From positions 1-62,271 of IMG/VR virus record IMGVR_UViG_3300032307_000095: a stretch of 62,271 nucleotides of DNA. One strand, written 5' to 3'. A program made the position numbers and the translations under genes. Below are positions 43,270-52,417 of this stretch, piece by piece. The stretch is from a virus. Its lineage: Duplodnaviria > Caudoviricetes. The notes beneath the pieces are model-generated. The model was not told the origin of the DNA and did not search any database. It saw only the letters and a list, made by a program, of their open reading frames with translations. Positions within the stretch are counted from its first letter, which is position 1. The number at the start of each line of letters is the position of its first letter.

Positions 43270-45768
43270 ATGGCAACGAGCATGATGGACAAATCCCTGT
43301 ACGCAGCACCTCAAGGGCTGGATGAATCGGGGGACGAGAGCGTACTGGAGATTGAGATCGAGGATCCAGAAGGTGTAAAGATTGGCATCGACGGACTTGA
43401 GATTGACCTCATGCCCGAGGAAGATACCAGCGGCGCTGCGTTCGACGACAACTTGGCCGAGTTCATTGATGAAGATGAGCTGGGCAAAATTGGCTCTGAC
43501 ATCATGGGGCTCGTTGAGGCCGACATCTCCTCACGCAAAGACTGGACAGAGATGTATGTCAAGGGCCTCGAAGTCCTTGGCATGAAGTATGAAGAGCGCA
43601 CGGAGCCTTGGACCAACGCTTGTGGTGTGTTCTCGACACTGCTGACCGAAGCTGCAGTTCGCTTCCAGTCCGAGACCATCATTGAGACGTTCCCAGCTCA
43701 GGGTCCGGTCAAGACGCAGATCATCGGTGCGATCGACCAGCTCAAGGAAGAAGCAGCCAGCCGCGTCAAGGACGACATGAACTTCCGACTGACGGAGGAG
43801 ATGCCCGAGTACCGGCCAGAGCACGAGCGCATGCTGTTCAACTTGGGTCTGATTGGCTCTGCGTTCAAGAAGGTCTACTACGATCCCAGCTTGGGACGCC
43901 AGACATCGGTGTTCATCCCGGCTGAAGATGTGATCATCCCCTACGGCTCGTCCGGTGCACGTACCGCTGAGCGCGTGACACACATCATGCGCAAAACCGA
44001 GAACGACGTGAAGAAGCTGCAGGTGGCAGGCTTCTACCGTGACGTTGAGTTGGGCGAGCCCACGCAGACGCACACAGACGTCGAGAAGAAAAAGGCTGAC
44101 GAGCAGGGTTACTCTATCACGGACGACGAGCGTTACCAGTTCTGTGAGATACAGATCGACTACAACCTGCCGGGCTTTGAAGACAAAGACGGCATCGCGC
44201 TGCCCTACATCATCACGATCGACAAGGGCACAACTAAGGTTCTGTCGATCTACCGCAACTACAAAGAGGACGACGAGCTCAAGCTTAAGCGTGACCACTT
44301 TGTTCAGTACGACTACGTGCCGGGCTTCGGTGCTTATGGCTTCGGTTACATCCACTTGATCGGTGGCTACGCTCGTGCTGGTACATCATTGATCCGCCAG
44401 TTGGTAGATGCTGGTACGCTGTCCAACTTGCCCGGTGGCTTGAAGACTCGTGGTCTGCGCATCAAGGGTGATGACACTCCGATCGCTCCCGGTGAGTTCC
44501 GTGACGTGGACGTGCCGAGCGGCTCAGTGCGTGACAACATCATGGCGCTGCCGTACAAAGAGCCGTCGATGGTGCTGGCTGGCTTGCTGGACAAGATCAC
44601 AGAAGAAGGTCGCCGACTGGGCTCCATCGCTGATATGAAGATCAGCGACATGAGCGCTAACTCGCCTGTGGGCACGACACTGGCTCTGCTTGAGCGTCAA
44701 CTCAAGACCATGAGTGCTGTGCAGGCCCGTGTTCACTACTCGATGAAGCAGGAGTTCAAGCTCCTGAAGGCCATCATCCGCGACTACGCTCCCACTGAGT
44801 ATGAGTACGACCCACAGTATGGTGACAAGCGTGCCAAGCAGGCCGACTACGATCTGGTTGAGGTCATTCCTGTCAGCGATCCAAACAGCTCGACGATGGC
44901 TCAGCGGATCATGCAGTACCAAGCTGTCATTCAGTTGGCCGCACAAGCACCGCAGATTTATGACCTGCCTCAGTTGCACCGTCAGATGATTGAGGTGCTG
45001 GGCATCAAGAATGCTGAGAAGCTCGTGCCCGTTGAGGAAGACGAGAAGCCACGCGATCCGATCAGCGAGAACATGTCCCTGCTGCGCGGCAAGCCAGTCA
45101 AGGCGTTCATCTACCAAGACCACGACGCGCACATCGCTGCACACACGTCGTTCCTGCAAGACCCGATGATTGCTCAGCAGATAGGTCAGAACCCGATGGC
45201 TCAGCAGATGATGGCGGCGGCTCAGGCACACATTGCCGAGCACTTGGCGTTCCTGTATCGCAAGAAGATCGAAGAGAAGATGGGCGTCCCGCTCCCACCT
45301 CCAGACGAGAAGCTGCCAGAGGACATCGAGGTGCAGTTGTCACGCTTGGTGGCGCAGGCCTCTACGCAGCTCATGCAGCAGAACATTCAGCAAGCACAGC
45401 AGGCGCAAGCCCAGCAGCAGGCTCAGGACCCCATCATCCAGATGCAGCAGCAAGAGTTGCAGATCAAGATGCAGGACGCCCAGACCAAAGCTCAGAAGGT
45501 GCAGGGCGACTTGGCTATCAAGCAGCAAGAGTTGCAGCTCAAGGCGCAAGAAGTTGCAAGCCGTCAGGGCGAGAACCCAGAACTTGCCGTCGCAAAAGCT
45601 CAGCAAGAGATGGCTATGGACCGCCAGATGCACGAGGTTGAGATGGAGCAGCGCCAGCGAGAGTTTGACCAGAAGATGGCTCAAAAGCAGCAGGAAGCGG
45701 CCATAAATCTGCGCACCAAAATGATGGCGAGCGCAGCCAAACCATCAACCAATGAGGGTGAAAAATGA
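43270..45768 (+). CDS. Portal protein (P22-like, long C-terminal Q-rich barrel)
   Basis: 832 aa after TerL; GSAFKKVYYD; long Gln-rich coiled coil. Confidence 0.88.
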   Translation: MATSMMDKSLYAAPQGLDESGDESVLEIEIEDPEGVKIGIDGLEIDLMPEEDTSGAAFDDNLAEFIDEDELGKIGSDIMGLVEADISSRKDWTEMYVKGLEVLGMKYEERTEPWTNACGVFSTLLTEAAVRFQSETIIETFPAQGPVKTQIIGAIDQLKEEAASRVKDDMNFRLTEEMPEYRPEHERMLFNLGLIGSAFKKVYYDPSLGRQTSVFIPAEDVIIPYGSSGARTAERVTHIMRKTENDVKKLQVAGFYRDVELGEPTQTHTDVEKKKADEQGYSITDDERYQFCEIQIDYNLPGFEDKDGIALPYIITIDKGTTKVLSIYRNYKEDDELKLKRDHFVQYDYVPGFGAYGFGYIHLIGGYARAGTSLIRQLVDAGTLSNLPGGLKTRGLRIKGDDTPIAPGEFRDVDVPSGSVRDNIMALPYKEPSMVLAGLLDKITEEGRRLGSIADMKISDMSANSPVGTTLALLERQLKTMSAVQARVHYSMKQEFKLLKAIIRDYAPTEYEYDPQYGDKRAKQADYDLVEVIPVSDPNSSTMAQRIMQYQAVIQLAAQAPQIYDLPQLHRQMIEVLGIKNAEKLVPVEEDEKPRDPISENMSLLRGKPVKAFIYQDHDAHIAAHTSFLQDPMIAQQIGQNPMAQQMMAAAQAHIAEHLAFLYRKKIEEKMGVPLPPPDEKLPEDIEVQLSRLVAQASTQLMQQNIQQAQQAQAQQQAQDPIIQMQQQELQIKMQDAQTKAQKVQGDLAIKQQELQLKAQEVASRQGENPELAVAKAQQEMAMDRQMHEVEMEQRQREFDQKMAQKQQEAAINLRTKMMASAAKPSTNEGEK

Positions 45769-45962
45769 ACGACCAAACCCTTGAACTGGCCCTGAAAAAG
45801 ATCGAGAACGAAAAGAAACTCGTCATTGAGAATTTGGCGGACGGCGTAGCTAAAGACTATGCCGAATACCAAAACCTGTGCGGCGTTATCCGAGGTCTGT
45901 TGACCGCACAGCGAGAAATAAACGACCTTCTGCGTAAACTGAAAGACGATGACGATGAATGA
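45765..45962 (+). CDS. Small head-module protein
   Basis: Coupled ORF; DYAEYQNLCGVIRGL. Confidence 0.7.
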   Translation: MNDQTLELALKKIENEKKLVIENLADGVAKDYAEYQNLCGVIRGLLTAQREINDLLRKLKDDDDE

Positions 45963-46353
45963 CTTTAATGTTCAGGCGGTCGATTTGTCTGGCCTACTCA
46001 ACAAGCCTGTTGAGGACAAGGCCCGGCAGATTCCAGACCCTAAAACCTATCACCTTCTGTGCATGCTTCCAGAAGCCAAAGAGGAATACGAGGGCGGCTT
46101 GCTAAAAGCCAACCAGACGATGCAGTATGAAGAGCTGCTGTCACCCGTATTGTTCGTGGCGAAGATGGGGCCTGACGCGTTCAAAGATGAAAAACGCTTT
46201 CCAAGCGGACCGAGCTGCGAAGTAGGTGACTTTGTGATCGTGCGGCCTAACAGCGGCACACGCATGAAGATTCACGGCACTGAGTGGCGGATCATCAACG
46301 ACGATTCTGTCGAAGCCGTGGTTCAAGACCCTCGCGGCATCCAACGCGTATAA
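45949..46353 (+). CDS. groES: GroES/Cpn10-like co-chaperonin
   Basis: Mobile-loop-like EEYEGGLL, VAKMGPDA, VGDFV and IINDDSVEAVV. Confidence 0.8.
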   Translation: MTMNDFNVQAVDLSGLLNKPVEDKARQIPDPKTYHLLCMLPEAKEEYEGGLLKANQTMQYEELLSPVLFVAKMGPDAFKDEKRFPSGPSCEVGDFVIVRPNSGTRMKIHGTEWRIINDDSVEAVVQDPRGIQRV

Positions 46354-46362
46354 GGAGCAATC

Positions 46363-47319
46363 ATGGCAGAAATGGAAAAAGTCGAGTTCGAGTTTCCCGA
46401 TGAAAAAGGGGAAGCCGAAGAGAAAGTAAACGCGGAAGTGGAGAACAAAGACGAGATTGAAATCGTCGATGACACCCCTCCAGAAGACCGTAATCGCACT
46501 CCGATGGTGGAACCACCCAAGGAGTTTGCCGACGACGAATTGGCAAAGTACGACTCCAGCGTTCAGCAGCGAATCAAGCACTTTACGAAGGGCTACCACG
46601 AGGAGCGCCGAGCCAAAGAGGCTGCACTGCGCGAGCGCGAGGAAGCTCTGCGACTGGCGCAGACCATCGTTGAGGAGAACAAGAAGCTCAAGGGCTCTTT
46701 GGGGCAGAACCAAGCTGCCGTCCTCGACAGCTACAGAAAACTTGCTGCAAACGATCTTGAAAAGGCTAAGGCCAAGTACAAGGAAGCGTACGAGTCTGGT
46801 GATTCTGAAGCAATTACAGAAGCACAGGCTAACCTAACTACAGCAGCATTGCGTGCTGAGCGCGTGAACAATATTAAGTCACCCGCTTTACAGCCGGAAA
46901 AAACTGATGTACAAACGCAACAAGAAGAAAGAAGTGAACCTGTTGCTACCCCTGAACCTGACTACAAGGCGCAGGAATGGCAGCGGAAAAATCAGTGGTT
47001 TGGGAAAGATGAAGAGATGACCAGCTTCGCCCTTGGGCTGCACACAAAGCTGATTAACTCTGGTATCAACCCTAAGTCAGATGAGTATTACGAGCGGCTT
47101 AACAGCCGTATTCGTCAAGTTTTCCCGGAGTCGTTTGAATCTGAGAAGACCGTGGATGCGCCCCCTCCACGCCCTGCAAAATCAAACGTTGCACCTGCAA
47201 CCCGTAGCACAGCGCCCAAAAAGATCGTGCTTACGCAAACACAGGTAAATCTCGCTAAGCGGCTTGGCGTTCCTTTGGAACTCTATGCTCGTAAGGTTGC
47301 TGAAGAAATGAGGAAATGA
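46363..47319 (+). CDS. Scaffolding protein
   Basis: Acidic N-terminus, coiled coil, C-terminal LAKRLGVPLELYA. Confidence 0.75.
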   Translation: MAEMEKVEFEFPDEKGEAEEKVNAEVENKDEIEIVDDTPPEDRNRTPMVEPPKEFADDELAKYDSSVQQRIKHFTKGYHEERRAKEAALREREEALRLAQTIVEENKKLKGSLGQNQAAVLDSYRKLAANDLEKAKAKYKEAYESGDSEAITEAQANLTTAALRAERVNNIKSPALQPEKTDVQTQQEERSEPVATPEPDYKAQEWQRKNQWFGKDEEMTSFALGLHTKLINSGINPKSDEYYERLNSRIRQVFPESFESEKTVDAPPPRPAKSNVAPATRSTAPKKIVLTQTQVNLAKRLGVPLELYARKVAEEMRK

Positions 47320-47777
47320 AAATGAGTGAAGTTAAATCTCGCCTTGACCGCGAACTCGACACCCGCGAAGTAACCAAGCGTCCAACAAAATGGATGCCAC
47401 CCCAGCTTCTGCCTGATCCGAAGCCTGAACCCGGTTATGCGTTTCGCTGGATTCGTATTGCAGTACAAGGAAAAGACGACGCCACGAACTATTCCTCAAA
47501 ATTGACCGAAGGCTGGGAGCCCGTTAAGGCATCGGATCACCCCGAAGTGCGTTTGTTTGGCGGAGATAAAAACCGCTTCCCAAACAGCATCGAAGTCGGT
47601 GGCCTGCTGCTTTGCAAAACACCTGTGGAGTTCGTTGATCAGCGTAATGCGTACTACGGCCAGCAGGCTGAGTCGCAGATGCAGTCAGTGGACAACACTT
47701 TTATGCGTGAAAATGATCCGCGTATGCCGCTCTACAAAGAGCGCAGCACGAAGGTCACTTTCGGCAAAGGCACTTAA
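47316..47777 (+). CDS. Head-module hypothetical protein
   Basis: PGYAFRWIR, EGWEPV and VGGLLLC; between scaffold and capsid genes. Confidence 0.7.
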   Translation: MKMSEVKSRLDRELDTREVTKRPTKWMPPQLLPDPKPEPGYAFRWIRIAVQGKDDATNYSSKLTEGWEPVKASDHPEVRLFGGDKNRFPNSIEVGGLLLCKTPVEFVDQRNAYYGQQAESQMQSVDNTFMRENDPRMPLYKERSTKVTFGKGT

Positions 47778-47795
47778 CTTTTTTGGAGTCCAAAC

Positions 47796-48392
47796 ATGGC
47801 TTACCCCACCGTTTCGGCACCCTATGGCTTGCAACCTATCAATCGTATTGATGGCATGCCATACGCAGGTGCAATCCGTCAGATTCCCGTAGCTGCTGGC
47901 TTCGGCACCGCCATTTTTGATGGCGACACCGTTTTGCTCAACAGCGATGGTTATCTGGTCAAATCCACCACAACCAACTCCGGCGGCATCGTTGGCGTTT
48001 GCGTTGGCGGTCAGTACGTGAACTCGAGCGGCCAAACCGTTCAAGGTCAGTACATCCCCGCTCTGGCATCTACTTCCAGCAACTTGGCTTACGCCTACGT
48101 TGTGGATGATCCAATGGCTCTGTTCAAAGTCGCTGTCGTGACTTCGGGCACTACTATGGGCACCGCTGGTCGTACCGTTGTTGGCTCGAACCTTCCTTTG
48201 GTTCTGAACGCTGGCAGCACTAACACCGGCAACTCCGCTTTCGCCGTCACTTTGACTGGCGCTGGCACTACTGCCACTATCCCTGTGCGTGTTATCGATG
48301 TTGTGCCAGAAACAGCTACTGCTGCTGACACATACACCGAGCTGTTGGTGAAAATCAACACACACCAGTACAACGACACCACTGGTGTTTAA
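47796..48392 (+). CDS. Capsid decoration/cement protein (probable)
   Basis: APYGLQP, IFDGD; immediately before the MCP. Confidence 0.6.
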   Translation: MAYPTVSAPYGLQPINRIDGMPYAGAIRQIPVAAGFGTAIFDGDTVLLNSDGYLVKSTTTNSGGIVGVCVGGQYVNSSGQTVQGQYIPALASTSSNLAYAYVVDDPMALFKVAVVTSGTTMGTAGRTVVGSNLPLVLNAGSTNTGNSAFAVTLTGAGTTATIPVRVIDVVPETATAADTYTELLVKINTHQYNDTTGV

Positions 48393-48402
48393 GGAGTAAA
48401 AC

Positions 48403-49311
48403 ATGGCTATTTCACGCGCACAACTGCTGAAAGAACTGCTCCCCGGCTTGAACGCTTTGTTCGGCCTTGAGTACGCTAAGTACGGCGAGCAGCACAAGGA
48501 AATCTACGAGACCGAGACTTCGGAGCGTAGCTTTGAAGAGGAAACCAAGCTGTCTGGCTTCTCCGCCGCTCCGGTGAAGAACGAAGGCGCTGCCATTGCT
48601 TATGACAATGCGCAGGAAGCATGGACTGCACGTTACACCCACGAAACCATCGCGATGGGCTTCTCCATCACCGAAGAGGCCGTGGAAGATAACTTGTACG
48701 ACAGCCTCTCCAGCCGCTACACCAAGGCTCTGGCCCGTGGTATGGCTTACACCAAACAGGTCAAGGCAGCAGCCATCCTGAACACAGGTTTCACCGCTGG
48801 CGTAACTTACGGCGACGGCGTGACTTTGTTCTCGACTGCTCACCCTCTGGTCTCCGGTGGCGTCAACAGCAACCGTCCTGCCACAGCAGCCGACTTGAAC
48901 GAGACTTCGTTGGAAAACGCCGTCATTCAGATCGCAGCTTGGACAGACGAACGCGGCCTGCTGATCGCAGCTAAGCCTAAGAAGCTGGTGGTTCCTCCAT
49001 CGCTGCAATTCGTTGCAACCCGCTTGTTGGAAACTGATCTCCGCGTTGGCACTGCTGACAACGACATCAACGCCATCAAGAACAACGGTTCCATCCCCGG
49101 TGGTTATACAGTCAACAACTTCTTGACTGACACCAACGCTTGGTTCCTGTTGACTGATGTGCCCAACGGCCTGAAGCACTTTGTTCGTACCCCGCTGTCT
49201 AACAGCATGGACGGCGATTTCGATACAGGCAACGTGCGTTACAAGGCTCGCGAGCGTTATTCGTTCGGTGTGTCTGACCCACTGGGCGTGTACGGTTCTC
49301 CCGGCGCTTAA
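48403..49311 (+). CDS. Major capsid protein (Mu gpT-like, HK97 fold)
   Basis: KELLPGLNA, FSITEEAVEDNLY, GDGVTLFSTAHP, RERYSFG; biased codon usage; terminator follows. Confidence 0.9.
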   Translation: MAISRAQLLKELLPGLNALFGLEYAKYGEQHKEIYETETSERSFEEETKLSGFSAAPVKNEGAAIAYDNAQEAWTARYTHETIAMGFSITEEAVEDNLYDSLSSRYTKALARGMAYTKQVKAAAILNTGFTAGVTYGDGVTLFSTAHPLVSGGVNSNRPATAADLNETSLENAVIQIAAWTDERGLLIAAKPKKLVVPPSLQFVATRLLETDLRVGTADNDINAIKNNGSIPGGYTVNNFLTDTNAWFLLTDVPNGLKHFVRTPLSNSMDGDFDTGNVRYKARERYSFGVSDPLGVYGSPGA

Positions 49312-49330
49312 TCCCTCGGGATTATTTGAG

Positions 49331-49358
49331 AAGGCCCCCTTGTGGGGCCTTTTCTTTT
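49331..49358 (+). terminator. Intrinsic terminator after the MCP
   Basis: AAGGCCCC-cttgt-GGGGCCTT followed by TTCTTTT. Confidence 0.85.
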
Positions 49359-49375
49359 GGGTTATATTGCACCAA

Positions 49376-49449
49376 CCCCGGACTTTCCGGTGTATCTGAC
49401 GGCTCCGGGCCGACATCATGCAGACAGATACGCCTTAACCGCATGAGGA
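49376..49449 (+). ncRNA. Pseudoknotted RNA downstream of the MCP (candidate Mu-gpT-DE motif)
   Basis: CCCGGA 49377-82 / TCCGGG 49404-09; GGTGTATCTG 49389-98 / CAGATACGCC 49425-34; TCATGC 49416-21 / GCATGA 49441-46. Confidence 0.65.
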
Positions 49450-49456
49450 ATACATC

Positions 49457-49990
49457 ATGGCTCTGACTACTTTCCAAGGCCCAGTCCGTTCATTGGCTGG
49501 CTTCATCACCCAAGGCCCAGCTTCTATTGTGAATCTGGCTAACGGTACAAACACCGTGACTCTGGATGTTGCCAACTACGCTGGCAAGACCATCCGCACC
49601 AACGACGCTACGCTGGTCATCACACTGCCCACCATCAATGCCACACCTAACCCTGTGACATCTGGCCCCGGCCAAGACCCCAGCACTTCCAACAACGTGG
49701 GCACCAGCTATACGTTTGTGATCGAGACTGCCGCCACTGCCGTGGCTATCAAGACCGATGGTACAGACAAGTTTGTTGGCTCCATCTTGATGGTTGCCAC
49801 TGACGCTGCTGGTGCCACTACCGGCTACGCTCCTGCTGCAGCCAATGACGTGATCAACTTGAACGGCACCACCACTGGCGGAGCTGCTGGCTCCGTGATC
49901 ACTGTGACTGTGGTGGCTGCAAACAAGTACATGGTTACCGGCACTTTGCTGGGTTCTGGCACTGTTGCCACACCATTCGCTGACGCTTAA
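49457..49990 (+). CDS. Virion structural protein (beta-rich, decoration-like)
   Basis: MALTTFQGPVRS start; T/A/G-rich. Confidence 0.65.
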   Translation: MALTTFQGPVRSLAGFITQGPASIVNLANGTNTVTLDVANYAGKTIRTNDATLVITLPTINATPNPVTSGPGQDPSTSNNVGTSYTFVIETAATAVAIKTDGTDKFVGSILMVATDAAGATTGYAPAAANDVINLNGTTTGGAAGSVITVTVVAANKYMVTGTLLGSGTVATPFADA

Positions 49991-49997
49991 TTGATCT

Positions 49998-50019
49998 CAG
50001 GGGCTTCGGCCCCTGCTTT
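49998..50019 (+). terminator. Hairpin with cUUCGg tetraloop, probable terminator
   Basis: CAGGGGC-TTCG-GCCCCTG followed by CTTT. Confidence 0.65.
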
Positions 50020-50033
50020 ACAGGAGATTGATT

Positions 50034-50327
50034 ATGGCAATGCAAACCGACGTAAGGTCCGTACGCACTGGTGGCGCTCAGACCAATCAGGCGCTTATTT
50101 CTGGCCGAGTGCGCATTAAATCTGTGATTATCACTGGTGGCGCTGGCGCAGGCACAGCTCGATTCTTGGATGCTGCTGGCGGCAATTTGCTGCTTGAACT
50201 AGACACCGGATCGAACTCCAATATGACTAACGTTATTCTGCCCGGAGAGGGAATTTTGTTCCCTAACGGCGTCTGGTACACAGCCACTTCGGTGGTGCCT
50301 ATCGGTGTAACGGTGGTTTATGGCTGA
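50034..50327 (+). CDS. Small virion protein
   Basis: AGGAG RBS; LPGEGILFPNG. Confidence 0.65.
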   Translation: MAMQTDVRSVRTGGAQTNQALISGRVRIKSVIITGGAGAGTARFLDAAGGNLLLELDTGSNSNMTNVILPGEGILFPNGVWYTATSVVPIGVTVVYG

Positions 50328-51069
50328 AGAGACACGCCCTATGGATGTTGCAGGTCGCAAACTAATGGTTGCGATCCCCGCCTACGACGGCAAGTTGAAC
50401 ATCAAAACTTCTTTTGCCTTGGCCGATTTGGTGGTCAAGGCATCGCAGTTTGGTGTCCAAGTGCAACTGTCGCATCTGTCGGGCTGCTCTCTTATTACCA
50501 AGGCCAGAAACATTCTGGTCGCCAACTTCTTGGAGTCGGACTGCACGGACTTTTTGTTCGTAGATGCCGACATCGTGGTGGACGCAGAGTCTGTGCTTCG
50601 CCTGCTGGCGCTGAGCACTGGCAAGGACATCACAGCCGGGATGTACACCCGCAGAGCTGAGGACCGAAAGTTCTTTTTGGACATCTACATCGACGAGGCC
50701 AACACGCTTGAGTTCGACCAGCACGGTTTGCTGCGGGTTGAGAATGTGGCTACAGGCTTCATGATGATCCAGCGTCATGTGCTGGAGAAGATGGTTGCCA
50801 ACCACCCTGAGTGGACATACTTCAATGACGTGTACAACCGCAACGAGGCCGCGCTGTTTGACTTTGAACTGGTCAACGGGCAGTATGTTGGCGAGGACTA
50901 CACGTTCTGCAAGCGTGCACGCGCAGACGGTTTCACGGTCTTTGTTGACCCCGAGATCACCTTGCCGCATGTTGGCTCGCAGGAATACCACCGCAGCTTC
51001 AAAGAGGCTGTGTTGATGCCGCTGATCGAGCAGCACTGCACTCCCAAACTGAAAGTCGCCAATGGCTAA
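50320..51069 (+). CDS. GT-A fold glycosyltransferase
   Basis: VAIPAY, ARN, LFVDAD (DxD), ATGFMMI, GEDYTFC and H motif. Confidence 0.85.
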   Translation: MAEETRPMDVAGRKLMVAIPAYDGKLNIKTSFALADLVVKASQFGVQVQLSHLSGCSLITKARNILVANFLESDCTDFLFVDADIVVDAESVLRLLALSTGKDITAGMYTRRAEDRKFFLDIYIDEANTLEFDQHGLLRVENVATGFMMIQRHVLEKMVANHPEWTYFNDVYNRNEAALFDFELVNGQYVGEDYTFCKRARADGFTVFVDPEITLPHVGSQEYHRSFKEAVLMPLIEQHCTPKLKVANG

Positions 51070-51316
51070 GAAGACTCCATCCCTTGCAGTCGGTCGTGGT
51101 GAGAAGTTGCCTACCTCCAAAGGAGCCGGGTTGACAGCCAAAGGCCGCGCCAAATACAACCGTGAGACCGGTAGCAACCTAAAAGCCCCGCAGCCGCAGG
51201 GTGGCAAGCGCAAGGATTCGTTCTGCGCACGCATGTCAGGTATGCCCGGTCCCATGAAAGATGAGAAGGGCAAGCCAACCCGCAAGGCGGCTGCTCTCGC
51301 AAGGTGGAAGTGCTGA
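51062..51316 (+). CDS. Small basic protein
   Basis: GLTAKGRAKY..NLKAP..SFCARM..ALARWKC. Confidence 0.75.
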   Translation: MAKKTPSLAVGRGEKLPTSKGAGLTAKGRAKYNRETGSNLKAPQPQGGKRKDSFCARMSGMPGPMKDEKGKPTRKAAALARWKC

Positions 51317-51317
51317 T

Positions 51318-51566
51318 ATGGAATTGCCAGTCTGGAACACCGTCCTGTCGTTTGCTTCGGCGTTGCTTTTGTTTTGGGTGAAGATTTCCCATGACGAAGT
51401 CAAGCGCCTGTCGATCTTGCTGAGCAAGACTCGGGAAGAAAATTCAGACAAGTTTGTGACCAAGCAGGACATGCACAACGATATCAACCGAGTAATCACT
51501 CGTTTGGATCGGCTTGAGAGCAAGATTGATGACTTCATGAAGGAGCAACGAAGTGCCATCAACTAG
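51318..51566 (+). CDS. Small TM + coiled-coil protein
   Basis: N-terminal TM segment; RLDRLESKID. Confidence 0.65.
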   Translation: MELPVWNTVLSFASALLLFWVKISHDEVKRLSILLSKTREENSDKFVTKQDMHNDINRVITRLDRLESKIDDFMKEQRSAIN

Positions 51567-51939
51567 CAAAAAACAACATAATTTCATGGCGGCGGTGGCA
51601 AACAGCCCGTCTTTTGCCAAGAAAGCAGGCGTCCCACAGTCCGTGGGCAAAGAGTTCTTAAACGCGGACAAGGGCCGCAAATTTAAAGAAGGTGGCGATA
51701 TGAAATCCGAAAGCATGATGATGAAAAAAGAAGGCCGCAACATGGCTAAAGCCGACTTGGCAAAACACGCTGCAATGCCTGCATCCAAGGCTCACAAAGG
51801 CCTGAAGGCTGGCGGCTCTGTTGGCACAACCAAGATGGGCATGGTCAAGACTGCTGCTCCTAGCCGTGATGGCGTTGCGACCAAGGGTAAAACCAAAGGC
51901 ACAATGATCAAAATGGCCCGTGGCGGCAAAACCTGCTAA
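51553..51939 (+). CDS. Small basic putative internal head protein
   Basis: MPSTSKKQHNFMAA; FKEGG, LKAGG, MARGG; RDGVATKGKTKG. Confidence 0.7.
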   Translation: MPSTSKKQHNFMAAVANSPSFAKKAGVPQSVGKEFLNADKGRKFKEGGDMKSESMMMKKEGRNMAKADLAKHAAMPASKAHKGLKAGGSVGTTKMGMVKTAAPSRDGVATKGKTKGTMIKMARGGKTC

Positions 51940-51948
51940 GGAGTTGAC

Positions 51949-52164
51949 ATGAGTCCAGCAGAAAAAGAAGCTCGCCAAATGATGGCGGACAAGAAAGCTG
52001 CAGAGGCCGCCGAAAAGGCGTACAACGCAGCCAGCAAAACAGCTCCAGCGCCAGCGGTCAAGAAGGCCAAGGGCGGCAGCGTAACGCGTGCCGATGGCTG
52101 CATTACCAAAGGCCACACCAAGGGCACCATGGTTAAGATGGCCTACGGCGGCAAGGCTTTCTGA
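51949..52164 (+). CDS. Small basic putative internal head protein
   Basis: KAKGG, RADGCITKGHTKG, MAYGG. Confidence 0.7.
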   Translation: MSPAEKEARQMMADKKAAEAAEKAYNAASKTAPAPAVKKAKGGSVTRADGCITKGHTKGTMVKMAYGGKAF

Positions 52165-52165
52165 C

Positions 52166-52414
52166 ATGATGGCGAGCCGCGGCATGGGGGATATCGCCCC
52201 CTCAAAGATGCCCAAAGGTGTGCGTAAGGCTCGCCGGGATGACACCGACTTCACGCAATACGCTGAAGGCGGGAAAGTTGGTCTGTACGACAACATCCAT
52301 GCAAAGAGAAAGCGAATCGCCGCTGGTTCTGGTGAGAAAATGCGCAAGGTTGGTAGCGCTGGCGCTCCGACTGCGAAAGCATTTGCTCAATCGGCCAAGA
52401 CTGCAAAGAAGTAA
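52166..52414 (+). CDS. Small basic protein (start MMASRGMG)
   Basis: YAEGG followed by GLYDNIHAKRKRI..GEKMRK..GAPT. Confidence 0.7.
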   Translation: MMASRGMGDIAPSKMPKGVRKARRDDTDFTQYAEGGKVGLYDNIHAKRKRIAAGSGEKMRKVGSAGAPTAKAFAQSAKTAKK

Positions 52415-52417
52415 ATC

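Noticed and set aside
46887-46915. Internal promoter TTTACA-17-TACAAA in the scaffold gene
   Set aside because: The -10 lacks the conserved final T, so it cannot be supported from sequence alone.
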